From an uncultured Alphaproteobacteria bacterium (GTDB taxonomy: Bacteria > Pseudomonadota > Alphaproteobacteria > ATCC43930 > CGMCC-115725), in the NCBI GenBank assembly GCA_963785565.1, contig CAWAVV010000011.1, positions 184,263 to 248,262 on the forward strand: a stretch of DNA of 64,000 nucleotides, given 5' to 3'. Made by a program: the position numbers and the translations under genes. Below the pieces are notes generated by a model, which did no database searches, had not been told where the DNA came from, and was given only the letters and a program-made list of their open reading frames with translations. Positions within the stretch are counted from its first letter, which is position 1; every line of letters begins with the position of its first letter. Positions 18,782 to 33,838 of this stretch are shown here, in pieces.

Positions 18782-19618
18782 ATGGAGCTGGGTATAGTGT
18801 TTGGACACAATAGCGGCGCCGGCAGGCGGGCCTACCGCAACACGGTCGGGCGCGTGGCGGCCGCGGCTGTGCTCGGCTTTCTGCTCGGCTGCGGCACTGG
18901 CTGTGCCGGTCGGTCGGGCGGCCCGCCGAGCGCGACCGATACCGACACGGTCAACGACCCCGGTGAGCCGGTCAATCGAGCGATCTTCAAGGCCAATCTC
19001 GCCGCCGATCATGCGGTCATGCGCCCGGTAGCGCAGGCCTATGTCGACCACGTGCCACAAGCTGTTCGCCAAGGCGTCGGCAACGTCGTGCAGAACCTCA
19101 AGGAGCCAGCGATTGCGGTCAACGACCTGCTGCAGGGACATATTGCGCAGGCATGGCAATCGATGCGGCGGCTGGCGGTCAACACTACCGTCGGCGCCGG
19201 CGGCATCGTCGATGTCGCAAAGAAGTGGGGGCTGGCGCCGCATAGCGCCGATTTCGGCCAGACGCTCGCCGTCTGGGGGGTCGGCGAGGGGCCCTTTATC
19301 GAATTGCCGCTGCTCGGCCCGTCAAATCCGCGCGATGCGCTGGGTACCGCGGTCGACCTGGCGCTGAACCCGCTGACCTTCGTCGGCGGGGCCCCCGCAA
19401 CCTATGCGAGCGTCGCCGCTACGGGCGCCAATGTGGTCGACAGCCGCGCGCAACACCTCAAGGATCTCGACGAATTGGAGCGCAACTCGCTCGATTATTA
19501 TGCCGAGCTGCGCAGCGTCTACCGGCAGCACCGGGACGCCGAGATCGCCGCGGCAAAAGCGCCGCAAAAGCCCCAACAGGGTCGCGTCGACATCACCTTC
19601 CCCGATGCCAAGCCGTGA
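18782..19618 (+). CDS. mlaA: MlaA/VacJ family lipoprotein
   Basis: The lipobox region is LGFLLGCGTGC. DPGEPVNRAIFKANLAADHAVMRPVAQAYVDHVPQAVRQGVGNVVQNLKEP is MlaA-like. Confidence 0.85.
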   Translation: MELGIVFGHNSGAGRRAYRNTVGRVAAAAVLGFLLGCGTGCAGRSGGPPSATDTDTVNDPGEPVNRAIFKANLAADHAVMRPVAQAYVDHVPQAVRQGVGNVVQNLKEPAIAVNDLLQGHIAQAWQSMRRLAVNTTVGAGGIVDVAKKWGLAPHSADFGQTLAVWGVGEGPFIELPLLGPSNPRDALGTAVDLALNPLTFVGGAPATYASVAATGANVVDSRAQHLKDLDELERNSLDYYAELRSVYRQHRDAEIAAAKAPQKPQQGRVDITFPDAKP

Positions 19619-19664
19619 CCCTCCTCGGCTGGCGCGTGCCGGAGACGGCGAAGCTTCGGCGCAA

Positions 19665-21134
19665 TTATCGCGGCAGGAGGCTGGTTCCCATCAGGAACTC
19701 GTCGATAGCGCGGGCGCATTGTCGGCCTTCGCGGATCGCCCAGACGACGAGCGATTGACCGCGGCGCATGTCCCCGGCGGCAAACAGCTTGGGGACGGAG
19801 GTGCGGTAGTCGACGGTATCCGCGCCGACGTTGCCGCGCGGGTCGAGGGCGACGCCGGATTGCTCGACCATCCCTTGCTTGTGCGGCCCCAGGAACCCCA
19901 TCGCCAACAGGACAAGGTCAGCCTTCAGCAAGAAGGCGCTGTCGGGGATTTCCTGCATCACGAAGCGGCCGTCCGGGCTTTTGACCCACTCGACGCGCAC
20001 GCATTCGAGGGCGGTGACTCGGCCGTCCGAGGTCCCTGAGCCTGATCCGGGGATCGCCCGCTTGGTCAATACCGACCAGTCGCGCTCGCAACCCTCCTCC
20101 TGCGAGGACGAGGTACGCAATTTCAATGGCCAATCGGGCCAAGTCAGCGCCTTGTTCTCGCGTTCGGGCGGCTTCGGCAGAATTTCGAGCTGGGTGATCG
20201 ATGCCGCCCCGTGGCGGACAGAGGTGCCGATGCAATCCGATCCGGTGTCGCCGCCACCGATCACGACAACGTGCTTGCCGGCCGCCGTGATGGTTCCGTT
20301 GGGCGCGGCGCGCTGTTCGCTGTCGCCGGCATTGCGTTTGTTCTGCTGCGGCAGGAAGTCCATCGCGAAATGTATGCCGTCGAGCGCGCGTCCCGGCACT
20401 TCGAGATCGCGCGGCGCCTCGGCGCCGCCCGTCATTGCGACGGCGTCGAATTCCTCGGCCAGCGAGGCCATCGCCAGATCGACCCCGATTTCGACCTCGG
20501 TACGGAAGGCAACCCCCTCGGCCTGCATTTGCTCGACACGCCGGTCGATCAGCGACTTGTCCATCTTGAAATCGGGGATGCCGTAGCGCAGCAGGCCGCC
20601 GATCCGATCGCTCTTTTCGAACAGCGTGACGCTATGCCCCGCCCGCGCCAGTTGCTGAGCGCAGGCGAGCCCCGCCGGACCCGAGCCGATCACGGCAATC
20701 CGCTTGCCGGTCCGCCGCGGCGGAAGCACCGGCTCGATCCAGCCCTCCTGCCAGCCACGGTCGACGATCGCGCATTCGATGGTTTTGATCGTGACCGGGT
20801 TGTCATCGATGTTGAGGGTGCAGGATGCTTCGCAGGGCGCCGGGCAGACGCGGCCGGTGAATTCCGGAAAGTTATTCGTCGAATGCAGCGTCTTCAGCGC
20901 CGCCCGCCACTGGTCGCGATAGACCAAATTGTTCCAGTCGGGGATCAGATTGTTGACCGGGCAGCCGTCATGACAGAACGGGATGCCGCAATCCATGCAG
21001 CGCCCCGCCTGCTTGCGCGTCTCCGGTTCCGGCAATGGCTTGACGAACTCGTTCCAGCTGCGCCGACGAATATCCGGTTTTTCGTAGGGCCGGTCGCGGC
21101 GGTCGATTTCGAGAAAGCCGGTCGGCCTAGCCAT
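19665..21134 (-). CDS. gltD: Glutamate synthase (NADPH) small subunit
   Basis: [30 protein letters not shown]…[10 protein letters not shown]…[22 protein letters not shown]. Confidence 0.95.
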   Translation of the reverse strand: MARPTGFLEIDRRDRPYEKPDIRRRSWNEFVKPLPEPETRKQAGRCMDCGIPFCHDGCPVNNLIPDWNNLVYRDQWRAALKTLHSTNNFPEFTGRVCPAPCEASCTLNIDDNPVTIKTIECAIVDRGWQEGWIEPVLPPRRTGKRIAVIGSGPAGLACAQQLARAGHSVTLFEKSDRIGGLLRYGIPDFKMDKSLIDRRVEQMQAEGVAFRTEVEIGVDLAMASLAEEFDAVAMTGGAEAPRDLEVPGRALDGIHFAMDFLPQQNKRNAGDSEQRAAPNGTITAAGKHVVVIGGGDTGSDCIGTSVRHGAASITQLEILPKPPERENKALTWPDWPLKLRTSSSQEEGCERDWSVLTKRAIPGSGSGTSDGRVTALECVRVEWVKSPDGRFVMQEIPDSAFLLKADLVLLAMGFLGPHKQGMVEQSGVALDPRGNVGADTVDYRTSVPKLFAAGDMRRGQSLVVWAIREGRQCARAIDEFLMGTSLLPR

Positions 21135-21164
21135 GGGACGACGGGATCTGGACCAAAATCAATG

Positions 21165-25830
<4,666 letters not shown>

Positions 25831-26156
25831 CGCGTATGCTCTTCACCTAGCGTTGTTTCACGAATTGCATCAGCGCTTCCGCGAGCGGAGGCGCAGAACT
25901 GATAATAGGCATGTCCCGCCGCGCAAATCGAGGCTTAATCTCGTCGAGCGGGCAAACCGGACCGCTGATCTTCTTACGCCGCAGCGCAGCCCTTTCGGCA
26001 AGCGGGGCGAAGGCGGTAGCGGATGCGATCCCGCGCCCGAGGTTGAGCTTCCCGTTGCCGCCTCTCGGTCGCGGCACATTGAAGGCGTGTGAGAACTGTC
26101 AAGATTTCACTATTGGAGGTCGTTACTGGCCGATTAATCGACAGAAGGAGAACATC

Positions 26157-26474
26157 ATGATCAAGAGCTGTCTCTTGGTTCGCGCCGAAATGGCGGACAA
26201 CGCCGATCGGGACCGGTTCGATCACTGGTATGCGACAGATCACCTGCCACTCGCGGTCAAAACCTTTGGGGCGCGGCGGGCCTGGCGGTGCTGGAGCCAC
26301 ACCGATCCGGCGGTCCATTATGCTTTTTATGAATTCGACGATACGAAGCAGGCGGAAACTGCGACCGCACCCGACAAGATTAAGCTGCTAATCGCCGATT
26401 TCGATCGCGTTTGGGGCGCCCGGGTTTCTCGCCGCCGCGAAATCCTCGAAATCGTCCAGGAAACGTCTGGATGA
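26157..26474 (+). CDS. Hypothetical EthD/alpha-beta-barrel-like protein (105 aa)
   Basis: AAGGAG precedes the ATG at 26157. MIKSCLLVRAEMADNADRDRFDHWYATDHLPLAVKTFG shares the F..WY..(E/D)HLP motif with 10036..10686. Confidence 0.55.
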   Translation: MIKSCLLVRAEMADNADRDRFDHWYATDHLPLAVKTFGARRAWRCWSHTDPAVHYAFYEFDDTKQAETATAPDKIKLLIADFDRVWGARVSRRREILEIVQETSG

Positions 26475-26540
26475 CCTCTGCGCGCTATTTTACGCTAGAA
26501 TTCCCGTGATCCTAAGGGCGAGCTTTTGAGAGGAGCGGGC

Positions 26541-28223
26541 ATGTCGGCGGCGGCCTTTATCGAAGCGCGTGACTTTATGCTCGCTCATCGCGAGGAATAC
26601 GAACGCGCCTATCGCGATTTCCGCTGGCCGGTGCTCGATCGGTTTAATTGGGCGCTCGATTATTTCGACCCGATGGCGCAGCGCAACGATCGCCCGGGTC
26701 TGTGGATCGTCGATGAAGGCGGGGGCGAAACCAAACTGTCCTTCGCCGAACTCGCCGAACGGTCGAGCCGGGTCGCCAATCATCTGCGGGCGCTCGGCGT
26801 GCGGCGCGGCGACCGCCTCTTGATGATGCTCGGCAATGTCGCGCCGTTATGGGAATGCATGCTGGCGGCGATGAAATTGGGCGCCGTGATCATCCCGGCG
26901 ACAACCTTGTTGAACCGCGACGACCTGCTCGACCGCTTTGCTCGCGGCCGGGTCCGCCATGTCGTCGTGGGGGCCGACAACGCCTCCAAATTCGCCGACC
27001 TCGCTGGCGACTACACGAGGATCGCCGTCGGCGGGGCAGCCGCCGGCTGGCATAGCTGGGAGGCGGGTTACGACGCGCCGCCGGCGTTCGTACCGGACGG
27101 CGAGACCAGAGCGAGCGACCCGCTGTTGCTCTACTTCACCTCCGGCACGACGGCCAAGCCGAAGCTGGTCTTGCACAGCCACCAAAGCTATCCAGCCGGG
27201 CTGTTGACGGCAATGTATTGGCTCGGCGTACAGGCGGGCGATGTCCATCTCAACATCTCTTCAGCGGGCTGGGCCAAACACGCCTGGAGCTGCTTTTTCG
27301 CGCCGTGGAACGCGGTGGCAACGGTATTCATGCTGAACCAGCCCCGTTTCAGCGCTAAGGGCCTGCTCAATGCGATTTCGCGCTGCGGGGTGACGACGTT
27401 TTGCGCCCCGCCGACAGTCTGGCGCATGCTGATCCAGGAGGACCTGGCGGCGTGGAAGGTCAGCCTCAGGGAGGTCGTCGGCGCCGGAGAACCGCTCAAT
27501 CCCGAAATCATCGAGCGGGTCAGGGCGGCGTGGGGCCTGACCATCCGCGACGGCTACGGCCAGACCGAAACGACATTGCAGATCGGCAACTTTCCGGGAC
27601 AGCCCGTAAAGCCGGGAGCAATGGGACGGCCGGCGCCCGGCTATCGCGTCAAGCTGCTCGACACCGACGGCGCGGAGCAGCAGGAAGCGGAAATTTGCCT
27701 CGCGCTCGACCCGGCGCCGCTCGGTCTGATGCAGGGCTATCAGGGCGATGACGGGGCCATTCTGCCGCTGACCGGCGAGGCCTATCGCACCGGCGACATC
27801 GCGATGCGCGACGCTGACGGCTATTTCACCTACGTCGGCCGGGCCGACGACGTGTTCAAAGCCTCGGATTACCGGATCAGCCCGTTCGAGCTCGAAAGCG
27901 TCCTGATCGAGCACCCGGCGATCGCCGAAGCCGCGGTGGTGCCGTCCCCCGATCCGCTGCGCCTCGCAATCCCGAAAGCGTTCATCTCACTGGCGGGGAA
28001 CCATCCGCCCGACCGAGACACAGCACTGTCGATCTTCCGCCACCTGCGCGCCCATCTAGCGCCTTACAAGCGCGTTCGTCGCCTCGAATTCGCGGATCTG
28101 CCGAAAACCATCTCCGGGAAGATTCGCCGGGTCGAGCTGCGCACCGCCGAAGCCGCCCGCGGGGGTGAAAACCGCCGCGCCGAGGTCGAATTCTGGGAAG
28201 AAGATTTCCCGGAGCTGAGGTGA
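26541..28223 (+). CDS. AMP-forming acyl-CoA synthetase (medium-chain/aromatic type)
   Basis: LYFTSGTTAKPKLV (AMP-binding motif), YGQTET, YRTGD and SGKIRR are all present. Confidence 0.85.
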   Translation: MSAAAFIEARDFMLAHREEYERAYRDFRWPVLDRFNWALDYFDPMAQRNDRPGLWIVDEGGGETKLSFAELAERSSRVANHLRALGVRRGDRLLMMLGNVAPLWECMLAAMKLGAVIIPATTLLNRDDLLDRFARGRVRHVVVGADNASKFADLAGDYTRIAVGGAAAGWHSWEAGYDAPPAFVPDGETRASDPLLLYFTSGTTAKPKLVLHSHQSYPAGLLTAMYWLGVQAGDVHLNISSAGWAKHAWSCFFAPWNAVATVFMLNQPRFSAKGLLNAISRCGVTTFCAPPTVWRMLIQEDLAAWKVSLREVVGAGEPLNPEIIERVRAAWGLTIRDGYGQTETTLQIGNFPGQPVKPGAMGRPAPGYRVKLLDTDGAEQQEAEICLALDPAPLGLMQGYQGDDGAILPLTGEAYRTGDIAMRDADGYFTYVGRADDVFKASDYRISPFELESVLIEHPAIAEAAVVPSPDPLRLAIPKAFISLAGNHPPDRDTALSIFRHLRAHLAPYKRVRRLEFADLPKTISGKIRRVELRTAEAARGGENRRAEVEFWEEDFPELR

Positions 28224-28341
28224 CAACGCCGGGTAGAGGGGGCCACGTAACCTCCGTTTCAGTGCTTTCGTTGGGCGGCCCCTCGCCACGCCTCTGCGCG
28301 GGTGGGGTGATTGCGGATTTTTGAGCCGAGCGGAGGCGGCT

Positions 28342-28992
28342 TTACGTCACCAGCATGAGCAGGCGCAGGCGCGGCGCGGCGGTGGATCGCGATGACCCAA
28401 TGCGGCTGACGATGATGGCGTCGAGGCCGAGGGCGCGGCCATAACGATGCACGGCAAAGTTCAGCATCAGCACCAGCAGAAAGAAATAGGTCCACGGCCA
28501 TTCGCCGGGCGCCCAGTACAGCCCGAGCCACAGATTGAGGATCTGCAATGCCCCGATCACACCCCACAACCGGACAAACAGCCCGAGGATCAAGGATACT
28601 CCGGTCAGGACTTCGGCAGCATAGACTATCGGCGCGAACAAATAAAAGTGGGGCAATACGATATTGTTGACGAAATCGGACTGCAACGGGACCGCGGCAT
28701 ACTTGCCCATCACCCCCATCCAATAGGCGAGCCCGGTCGCGCCGAACGGCTTATCCGGATGGTCTGTGTAATAAGGCGGCAGCTTCCATAGGCTCTGCTG
28801 CCACCACAACGCGCCGATGAAAAAGCGAGCGGCCCAGCCGAATAAATTCGTCGCGGTGCGCTGGGCGGGGATCGTGCGCCAGACGTAAGCGGCGATGATG
28901 ACGCTGCCGATGATCAGCAGCCAAAAAACGACCGTCGTCCAGCCGGGCTGGGTCAGGAAACTGACGACATCGGAGATCGGGTTGGGTCTCAT
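28342..28992 (-). CDS. DoxX/DoxD-like polytopic membrane protein (last gene of the operon)
   Basis: The internal start MRPNPISDVVSFLTQPGWTTVVFWLLIIG has its ATG overlapping the stop of the upstream GT2 gene. There are several TM segments. Confidence 0.6.
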   Translation of the reverse strand: MRPNPISDVVSFLTQPGWTTVVFWLLIIGSVIIAAYVWRTIPAQRTATNLFGWAARFFIGALWWQQSLWKLPPYYTDHPDKPFGATGLAYWMGVMGKYAAVPLQSDFVNNIVLPHFYLFAPIVYAAEVLTGVSLILGLFVRLWGVIGALQILNLWLGLYWAPGEWPWTYFFLLVLMLNFAVHRYGRALGLDAIIVSRIGSSRSTAAPRLRLLMLVT

Positions 28993-29690
28993 CACCGCCG
29001 TCCTTCGCAGGCAATCCGGGTCAGCGTAGCGCCGATCCGAAGACTCGCCCTGATCGTTCCCGACAGGCTGCCGGAAACCTTCGACACGCCACCAGCGCGG
29101 CGGCGATGATCTACCGGGATTTCGAGGATGCGCAAACCCGTGCGGGCCGCCCGCATCTGCATTTCCAGATTCCAGCCATATGTCATCTCGCGCATGCCCA
29201 GCCGCACCAATGCTTCGCGGCGGATCGCGCGAAACGGGCCCATGTCGGTGTAGGCGACGCCATAAAGCAGGCGCAGCGCAAAGCCGATGGCATACCCGGC
29301 GATGATCTGATGTGCGCTCATGCTGCCCCGTTCGCGGCGGCCGCGGGTGCGCGAGCCGATGACGAAATCGTACCCGCCCGCGAGCATCGGTGCGAGCAAT
29401 GCCGGGATCACTTCCGGCCGATCGCTGCCGTCGCCGTCGAGAAACACCAGGATGTCGCAGTCGTCCGCGGCCTCGGCGCCGGCGCGGCACGCCCGGCCGT
29501 AGCCGCGGCGGCTCTCGGTGACGATCCGAGCCCCACCAGCACGGGCCCGCTCGACCGTGCGATCAGCGCTGCCGCTGTCGGCGACGATGAGCTGATCGAC
29601 GACATCGCGGGGGACCGCTGCGAGAACCCCGCCGATCGCCTCCTCTTCGTTGAGGGTCGGGATGATCAGCGCGACTCGCGGCCGCGCCAT
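28992..29690 (-). CDS. Family-2 glycosyltransferase (polyprenyl-phosphate sugar transferase-like)
   Basis: VALIIPTLNEEEAI…LIVADSGSADRT…ILVFLDGDGSD…FRAIRREAL is the classic GT2 DxD architecture. Confidence 0.8.
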   Translation of the reverse strand: MARPRVALIIPTLNEEEAIGGVLAAVPRDVVDQLIVADSGSADRTVERARAGGARIVTESRRGYGRACRAGAEAADDCDILVFLDGDGSDRPEVIPALLAPMLAGGYDFVIGSRTRGRRERGSMSAHQIIAGYAIGFALRLLYGVAYTDMGPFRAIRREALVRLGMREMTYGWNLEMQMRAARTGLRILEIPVDHRRRAGGVSKVSGSLSGTIRASLRIGATLTRIACEGRR

Positions 29691-29691
29691 G

Positions 29692-30761
29692 TCACAAGCT
29701 CCAGCGCAGTCCGCAACCGGCGCAGGCAGGCGAGGGCTTGTCGCTCAACAACGCGCTGCGGAATGCCTGGTAGCGCTCGCCGTTCCAGATCTCGCGAAGG
29801 CTTTGCTGGGTCGCGTCACCGAGCGTGAAGCCGTCATAGCCACGCATCGAAAACGGGGCGATGCAGCAAGGAATCGCGCGGCCATGGGCGGTGAAATACA
29901 TCAATGTCCAGGGCCGCCGGCACAGGGACCAGGGTTGCCGGTTTTCCGCCTGCTTCAGGCTGGAGGAAGGATCGGTGGCGCCCGAGGCGTTGAAACTGAT
30001 CCCGAGCTGCCGCGCCAATGCTTCGGCCTGGCGAACCAGCCGGCCCTCCTCGCCATCGTCACCTTCGAACAGGGCCGACTGCGCGCGCGCCAATCCTTGC
30101 CCTTCGGCAAAATAAACGAGCCGTTGGAGATAAACCTCGGGAATGCCGAGGTCGTGGGCCAAGCGTGACGAAATCGTCCAGCTGATCGATCGTCTCTTTG
30201 AGGCCGGTCAGCCACAGCGACAGCGCGTGGCTGAGCCGCGCCGATCTCCTGTTGCAATGCGCGGAAGGCGCGGATGTTGCGCACGATCCGGGCAAACATA
30301 TCCCGCCCGCGCACCAGTTCGAACGCCTTGGGCTCGGCGGCATCGAGCGACAGGCGCAATTCGTCGAGCCCGGCCTCGATCAGCTCGCGCCCCTTGCGCT
30401 GGGTCAACAGGGTGCCGTTGGTGTTGAACAAGACATAGGTGCCGCGATCCTTCAGATAGCGGACCATGCGCGGCAGCGCGGGCACCATCATCGGTTCGCC
30501 GACCCCGTGCAGAACGACGCGGGCGATCTTCGGGAACTGGTCGACGATTTTGGTGAATAAATCCCAGCTCATGTCGCCGGGCGGCTCCAGCGCTTCGAAG
30601 GTGCGCGGGCAGGTCGTGCACAACAGATTGCAGCGGTTGGTGGTTTCGAGATAGAGGCAGACCGGCTCGATTTCGGCGATCGGGCCGCGCTCGTCGGCGA
30701 TATGGTCGAAATAGCGTCTGCGGATCGGGGGCGGGCGTGGTGCTAAAAGGGTGTCGGACAT
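29692..30761 (-). pseudogene. Radical SAM / SPASM-domain enzyme with two single-nucleotide frameshifts
   Basis: Frame 1 reads MSDTLL…LYLETTNRCNLLCTTCPR (CxxxCxxC)…RAFRALQQEIGAAQP. Frame 2 reads ALSLWLTGLKETIDQLDDFVTL. Frame 3 reads AHDLGIPEVYLQRLVYF…CRRPWTLMYFTAHGRAIPCCIAPF…ACAGCGL (SPASM cysteines). The lesions are near 30225 and near 30160 (an apparent extra G in cttGgcc). Confidence 0.8.
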
Positions 30762-30763
30762 GC

Positions 30764-32080
30764 TCAACAACTCCGGGCTGTGGCTTGCCGACGACGCCAG
30801 ATATCGACCATCGCCAGGACGGTAAACGGCACGTAAATCGCCGCTTCTATCGGCAGCCGGTAACCTTCTCGCGCGAGGGGCGACCCGACTTGAACGAGGT
30901 AGAGCAAAAGGGTCGCGTTGGTCAACCACAGCAGCGATAAATAGGGGGCGAAACAGACAAAGATAATCAGCCAAGCAAAATACCAAGGATAGTGGGGCGA
31001 CAGCAGAAACATGAATGTGCTCGCCAATAACGCGGCGCCGGCGAGAAGGTCGGCGCGAGGATCGTGGGCAAAGGCTATGGCGGCGGCGAGCGCAGTGAGA
31101 ATTGTCGCGGCGCCGGCGATATAAAAGAGCGTCGGCAGCCCAGTGAATGGCGGGAAGGTCTGCAACGCATTCCATAAAAAGAAGCCCGTACCGTTCGCCG
31201 TAAAGCCTTCCTCTCTGGCATATCCCGGCAAGAAGCCCAAGACCTCCCAGCCGGCGCCGATAAAGGGCAGATAGCCGAGGATCAACGCAGCCACAAAGGC
31301 GATCGGCATCCGCGGCCACTCCCAACGACGGTACACAGCCGGCAGCAGTATCGCCGGGTAGAGTTTTACCAGGGTGGCGCCGGCGAGCGCGAGCCCGGCG
31401 AACCATGCCCGGTCTTGTCGCCGGGCCCACAAGGCCAGCACGACAAAGGCGATCAGAGCGGCGTCGATATGGCCGCTGCCGGCAAATTCCCAGATCGGCA
31501 GCGGGTGCCAAGCGTAAACGAGGATGTGCCCAGACGGCAGGCCGGCGGCCTTCAGCAACCGCAACAGAGCGGCGATGGTAATGGCTTCGAAGAAGACCAT
31601 CGCCGCTTTCATCGCGACCAGCGACTGGCTGATCCGGGTAACGACGAAGAAAATCGCCTCCGCCACCGGGGGATAGATCGTCGGCGCGTAAGTGCTGCGG
31701 TTGATGCGCGGGAAGATCTGCGAGTCGCGCAACCGGTCAAGGTGCGGGTCGACCGGGATGTACCGATAGGGGTTGATGCCGGCACCCTCAACCCGCCCAT
31801 CCCAGACATAGCGATAGATGTCATTCGAAAGATAGGGTGGCGCACAAAGGACTAGCAGGCGCGACAGCGCGGCCACCGCAAGGATCACCACCAGCGCCCG
31901 CCAGGACGTCCGCCGATTCCAGACGAGCCCGACCGACAGCAGATAGACGGCGGCTTGTACCAAAGCGACCATGACAAAGCCGTCGATGTCGTCGCGCTTT
32001 TGCTGATAAAGGCCGACCGCGGTGAGGCCGAGAAGTGCTGCCGCGCAAGCCAGCAACGATAGCAGGCGGCACCCGGTCAC
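30764..32080 (-). CDS. Polytopic membrane glycosyltransferase-like protein (GT-C fold, DUF2029/GT87-like)
   Basis: 438 aa with more than 10 TM segments. The loop motif is PPYLSNDIYRYVWDGRVEGAGINPYRYIP. The GTG start overlaps the upstream stop (GTGA). Confidence 0.6.
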   Translation of the reverse strand: MTGCRLLSLLACAAALLGLTAVGLYQQKRDDIDGFVMVALVQAAVYLLSVGLVWNRRTSWRALVVILAVAALSRLLVLCAPPYLSNDIYRYVWDGRVEGAGINPYRYIPVDPHLDRLRDSQIFPRINRSTYAPTIYPPVAEAIFFVVTRISQSLVAMKAAMVFFEAITIAALLRLLKAAGLPSGHILVYAWHPLPIWEFAGSGHIDAALIAFVVLALWARRQDRAWFAGLALAGATLVKLYPAILLPAVYRRWEWPRMPIAFVAALILGYLPFIGAGWEVLGFLPGYAREEGFTANGTGFFLWNALQTFPPFTGLPTLFYIAGAATILTALAAAIAFAHDPRADLLAGAALLASTFMFLLSPHYPWYFAWLIIFVCFAPYLSLLWLTNATLLLYLVQVGSPLAREGYRLPIEAAIYVPFTVLAMVDIWRRRQATARSC

Positions 32081-32872
32081 AGTCGCCGACCGCCGATCCC
32101 GGCTATCGGCGAGCCAAGACCAATCCGCCGGTCCCCGCCAGTGCCGAGCAGGTGCCGCAGAAATCGGGCGGTATGCGGCGCCTCGAACCGCGTTCGCTGA
32201 TTTTCTTCGATGGGACTGCCGAGCAGCTCTTCAGTCAGACGGCGCAGCGACGCCAAATCGTCGACGTCGTACCACATCGGCAGGACCGCAGTGTCGAGGC
32301 CGATTTCGTGAGCCCGTTCGAGGGTTTGCGCCAAGACTTGTTCGGTGCTCCAGGCGATATCCTCGAACAGACGGGCATGCGGGCTTTTCAGGCCGATGCA
32401 ATAGTAGCCGCCATCCTCGGCCGGGCCGAGCACGACCCGATCTCCCGGCGCCAGCAATGTCTGAGCAGCCTCGATCAAGACCGAGGTCGGCAAGGTCGGG
32501 CTGTCCGAGTTGACAAGACAGACCGACCCGTAACCGGCGGCGAGCAAATCTTCGGCCGCATCGGCGAGACTGTAGCCGAGGCCGACCCGCCGCGACGGCA
32601 ACAGCCGGATCGCGCTCCGGCAGCAAAGCGCGAAACACCGGCTCGGATTCTGGTGGCGAATATGCAACATGGCCGTGGATCGGGGCCGATTGCGCCGCAG
32701 CCATGATGTTGTCGGCGGTGTCGCGGATAAAACAACTGCTCAAAGCCGCCGCCTCCGTCTCCGATAAGGGCGGAGCCAGCCGCGTCTTGGCGTCGCCGAT
32801 CCGTGGCGCCTTGGCCATCATAGCCACGGCGCAGAATTTGCCGAGATCGGTTCTCGGCAGGCCTTCGCTCAT
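32077..32872 (-). pseudogene. DUF2064-like (TIGR04282-type) nucleotidyl/glycosyl-transferase with one frameshift
   Basis: The N-terminal frame reads MSEGLPRTDLGKFCAVAMMAKAPRIGDAKTRLAPPLSETEAAALSSCFIRDT…FRALLPER. The C-terminal frame reads IRLLPSRRVGLGYSLADAAEDLLAAGYGSVCLVNSDSPTLP…GPAEDGGYYCIGL. The shift is near 32610. Confidence 0.7.
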
Positions 32873-33690
32873 CGCGGCGGGCCGGCAATGCTGCGCCAAG
32901 CCCGCGCCGCGGCGGCGATCACCGCCAAGGAAGCCTTGGCCCCGTCGGCTTCGCCCTTTTCGAAATCGCCTGCGACCACGGCCATCCGGTTCGTCACATG
33001 CGCGAAGCACAGAACCGGCTTCCCGCGCGCCCGGGCGAAAGCGTAGAGCGCCGCCGCTTCCATCTCGACAGCCAGGATATTTTGGGCACGGCACCTTTCG
33101 ATCGCGCCGGAGGTCTCGCGAAATGGCGCATCAGTCGTCCACGAGGCGCCGCGGTAGACCGGTTCGGCCAGGTCCGAAAGGACGCCGAAAGCGCTGCCGG
33201 CCAGCGCGGCGTCCACCTCGGCAAATTCTGCCGGCGGCAAGTAATGGTAGCTCGTACCTTCATCGCGAAGGGCGCGATCGATCAGCACGAAATAGGGGGT
33301 TGGCCCGCGGGCGACGATCTGACCGGCCGAGGTCATGCTGATCAGCAGGCAGCAGCCGGAGACGAAGAGCTGTTCCGCGAGCAGCACCGCAAACGGGGCG
33401 CCGACCGCACAGCCGATAATGCCGAAACGCTCGGGGCCGTAGTCGAACTCGTAGAGATCGGTGTGGTAGCACGCCCAGCCTGGGGAACGCCGCGCCTCCC
33501 CGGCTCGGCGCAGCCCGCGCAGAATGTCACCGTCGGGGTCGAGGATGCAGATTTCAGGGACATCCGCGGCCGCCAGCCCCTTCTGGCGCCGCGCCTCGCG
33601 CAACAGGTTGGCCGGCTCGAAGACCGATGCCGCCGCAAAATCCTTGCCCGCCAGTATCGGCGGCACGGACGCGCGGCCGGCGTCGTTCAT
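32869..33690 (-). CDS. PNP_UDP_1-family nucleoside phosphorylase/nucleosidase-like protein (first gene of the operon)
   Basis: The internal start MNDAGRASVPPILAGK is at 33690. …GIIGCAVGAPFAVLLAEQL…LISMTSAGQI…ILAVEMEAAALYAFARARG is phosphorylase-like. An ATGA overlap links it to the next gene. Confidence 0.7.
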   Translation of the reverse strand: MNDAGRASVPPILAGKDFAAASVFEPANLLREARRQKGLAAADVPEICILDPDGDILRGLRRAGEARRSPGWACYHTDLYEFDYGPERFGIIGCAVGAPFAVLLAEQLFVSGCCLLISMTSAGQIVARGPTPYFVLIDRALRDEGTSYHYLPPAEFAEVDAALAGSAFGVLSDLAEPVYRGASWTTDAPFRETSGAIERCRAQNILAVEMEAAALYAFARARGKPVLCFAHVTNRMAVVAGDFEKGEADGAKASLAVIAAAARAWRSIAGPPR

Positions 33691-33838
33691 GTTTCCCTTG
33701 CTGGCCACAGTATCGGGACCGGTCAAGACCGCAGGATTTGCAGGGGCGATGGGCGAGGGTCCACGGACGCGCATGGTCGCAGAAATAGCGGGTATAACCT
33801 TAGCCACAGAGTTCAATTTCCTGTGAGAGGAAACCGCC

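Noticed and set aside
28993-29490. 166-codon upstream extension of the DoxX-like ORF (28342..29490)
   Set aside because: It overlaps the well-supported GT2 gene in another frame and translates to Arg-rich junk. The internal ATG at 28992 gives a sensible membrane-protein N-terminus coupled to the GT2 stop.
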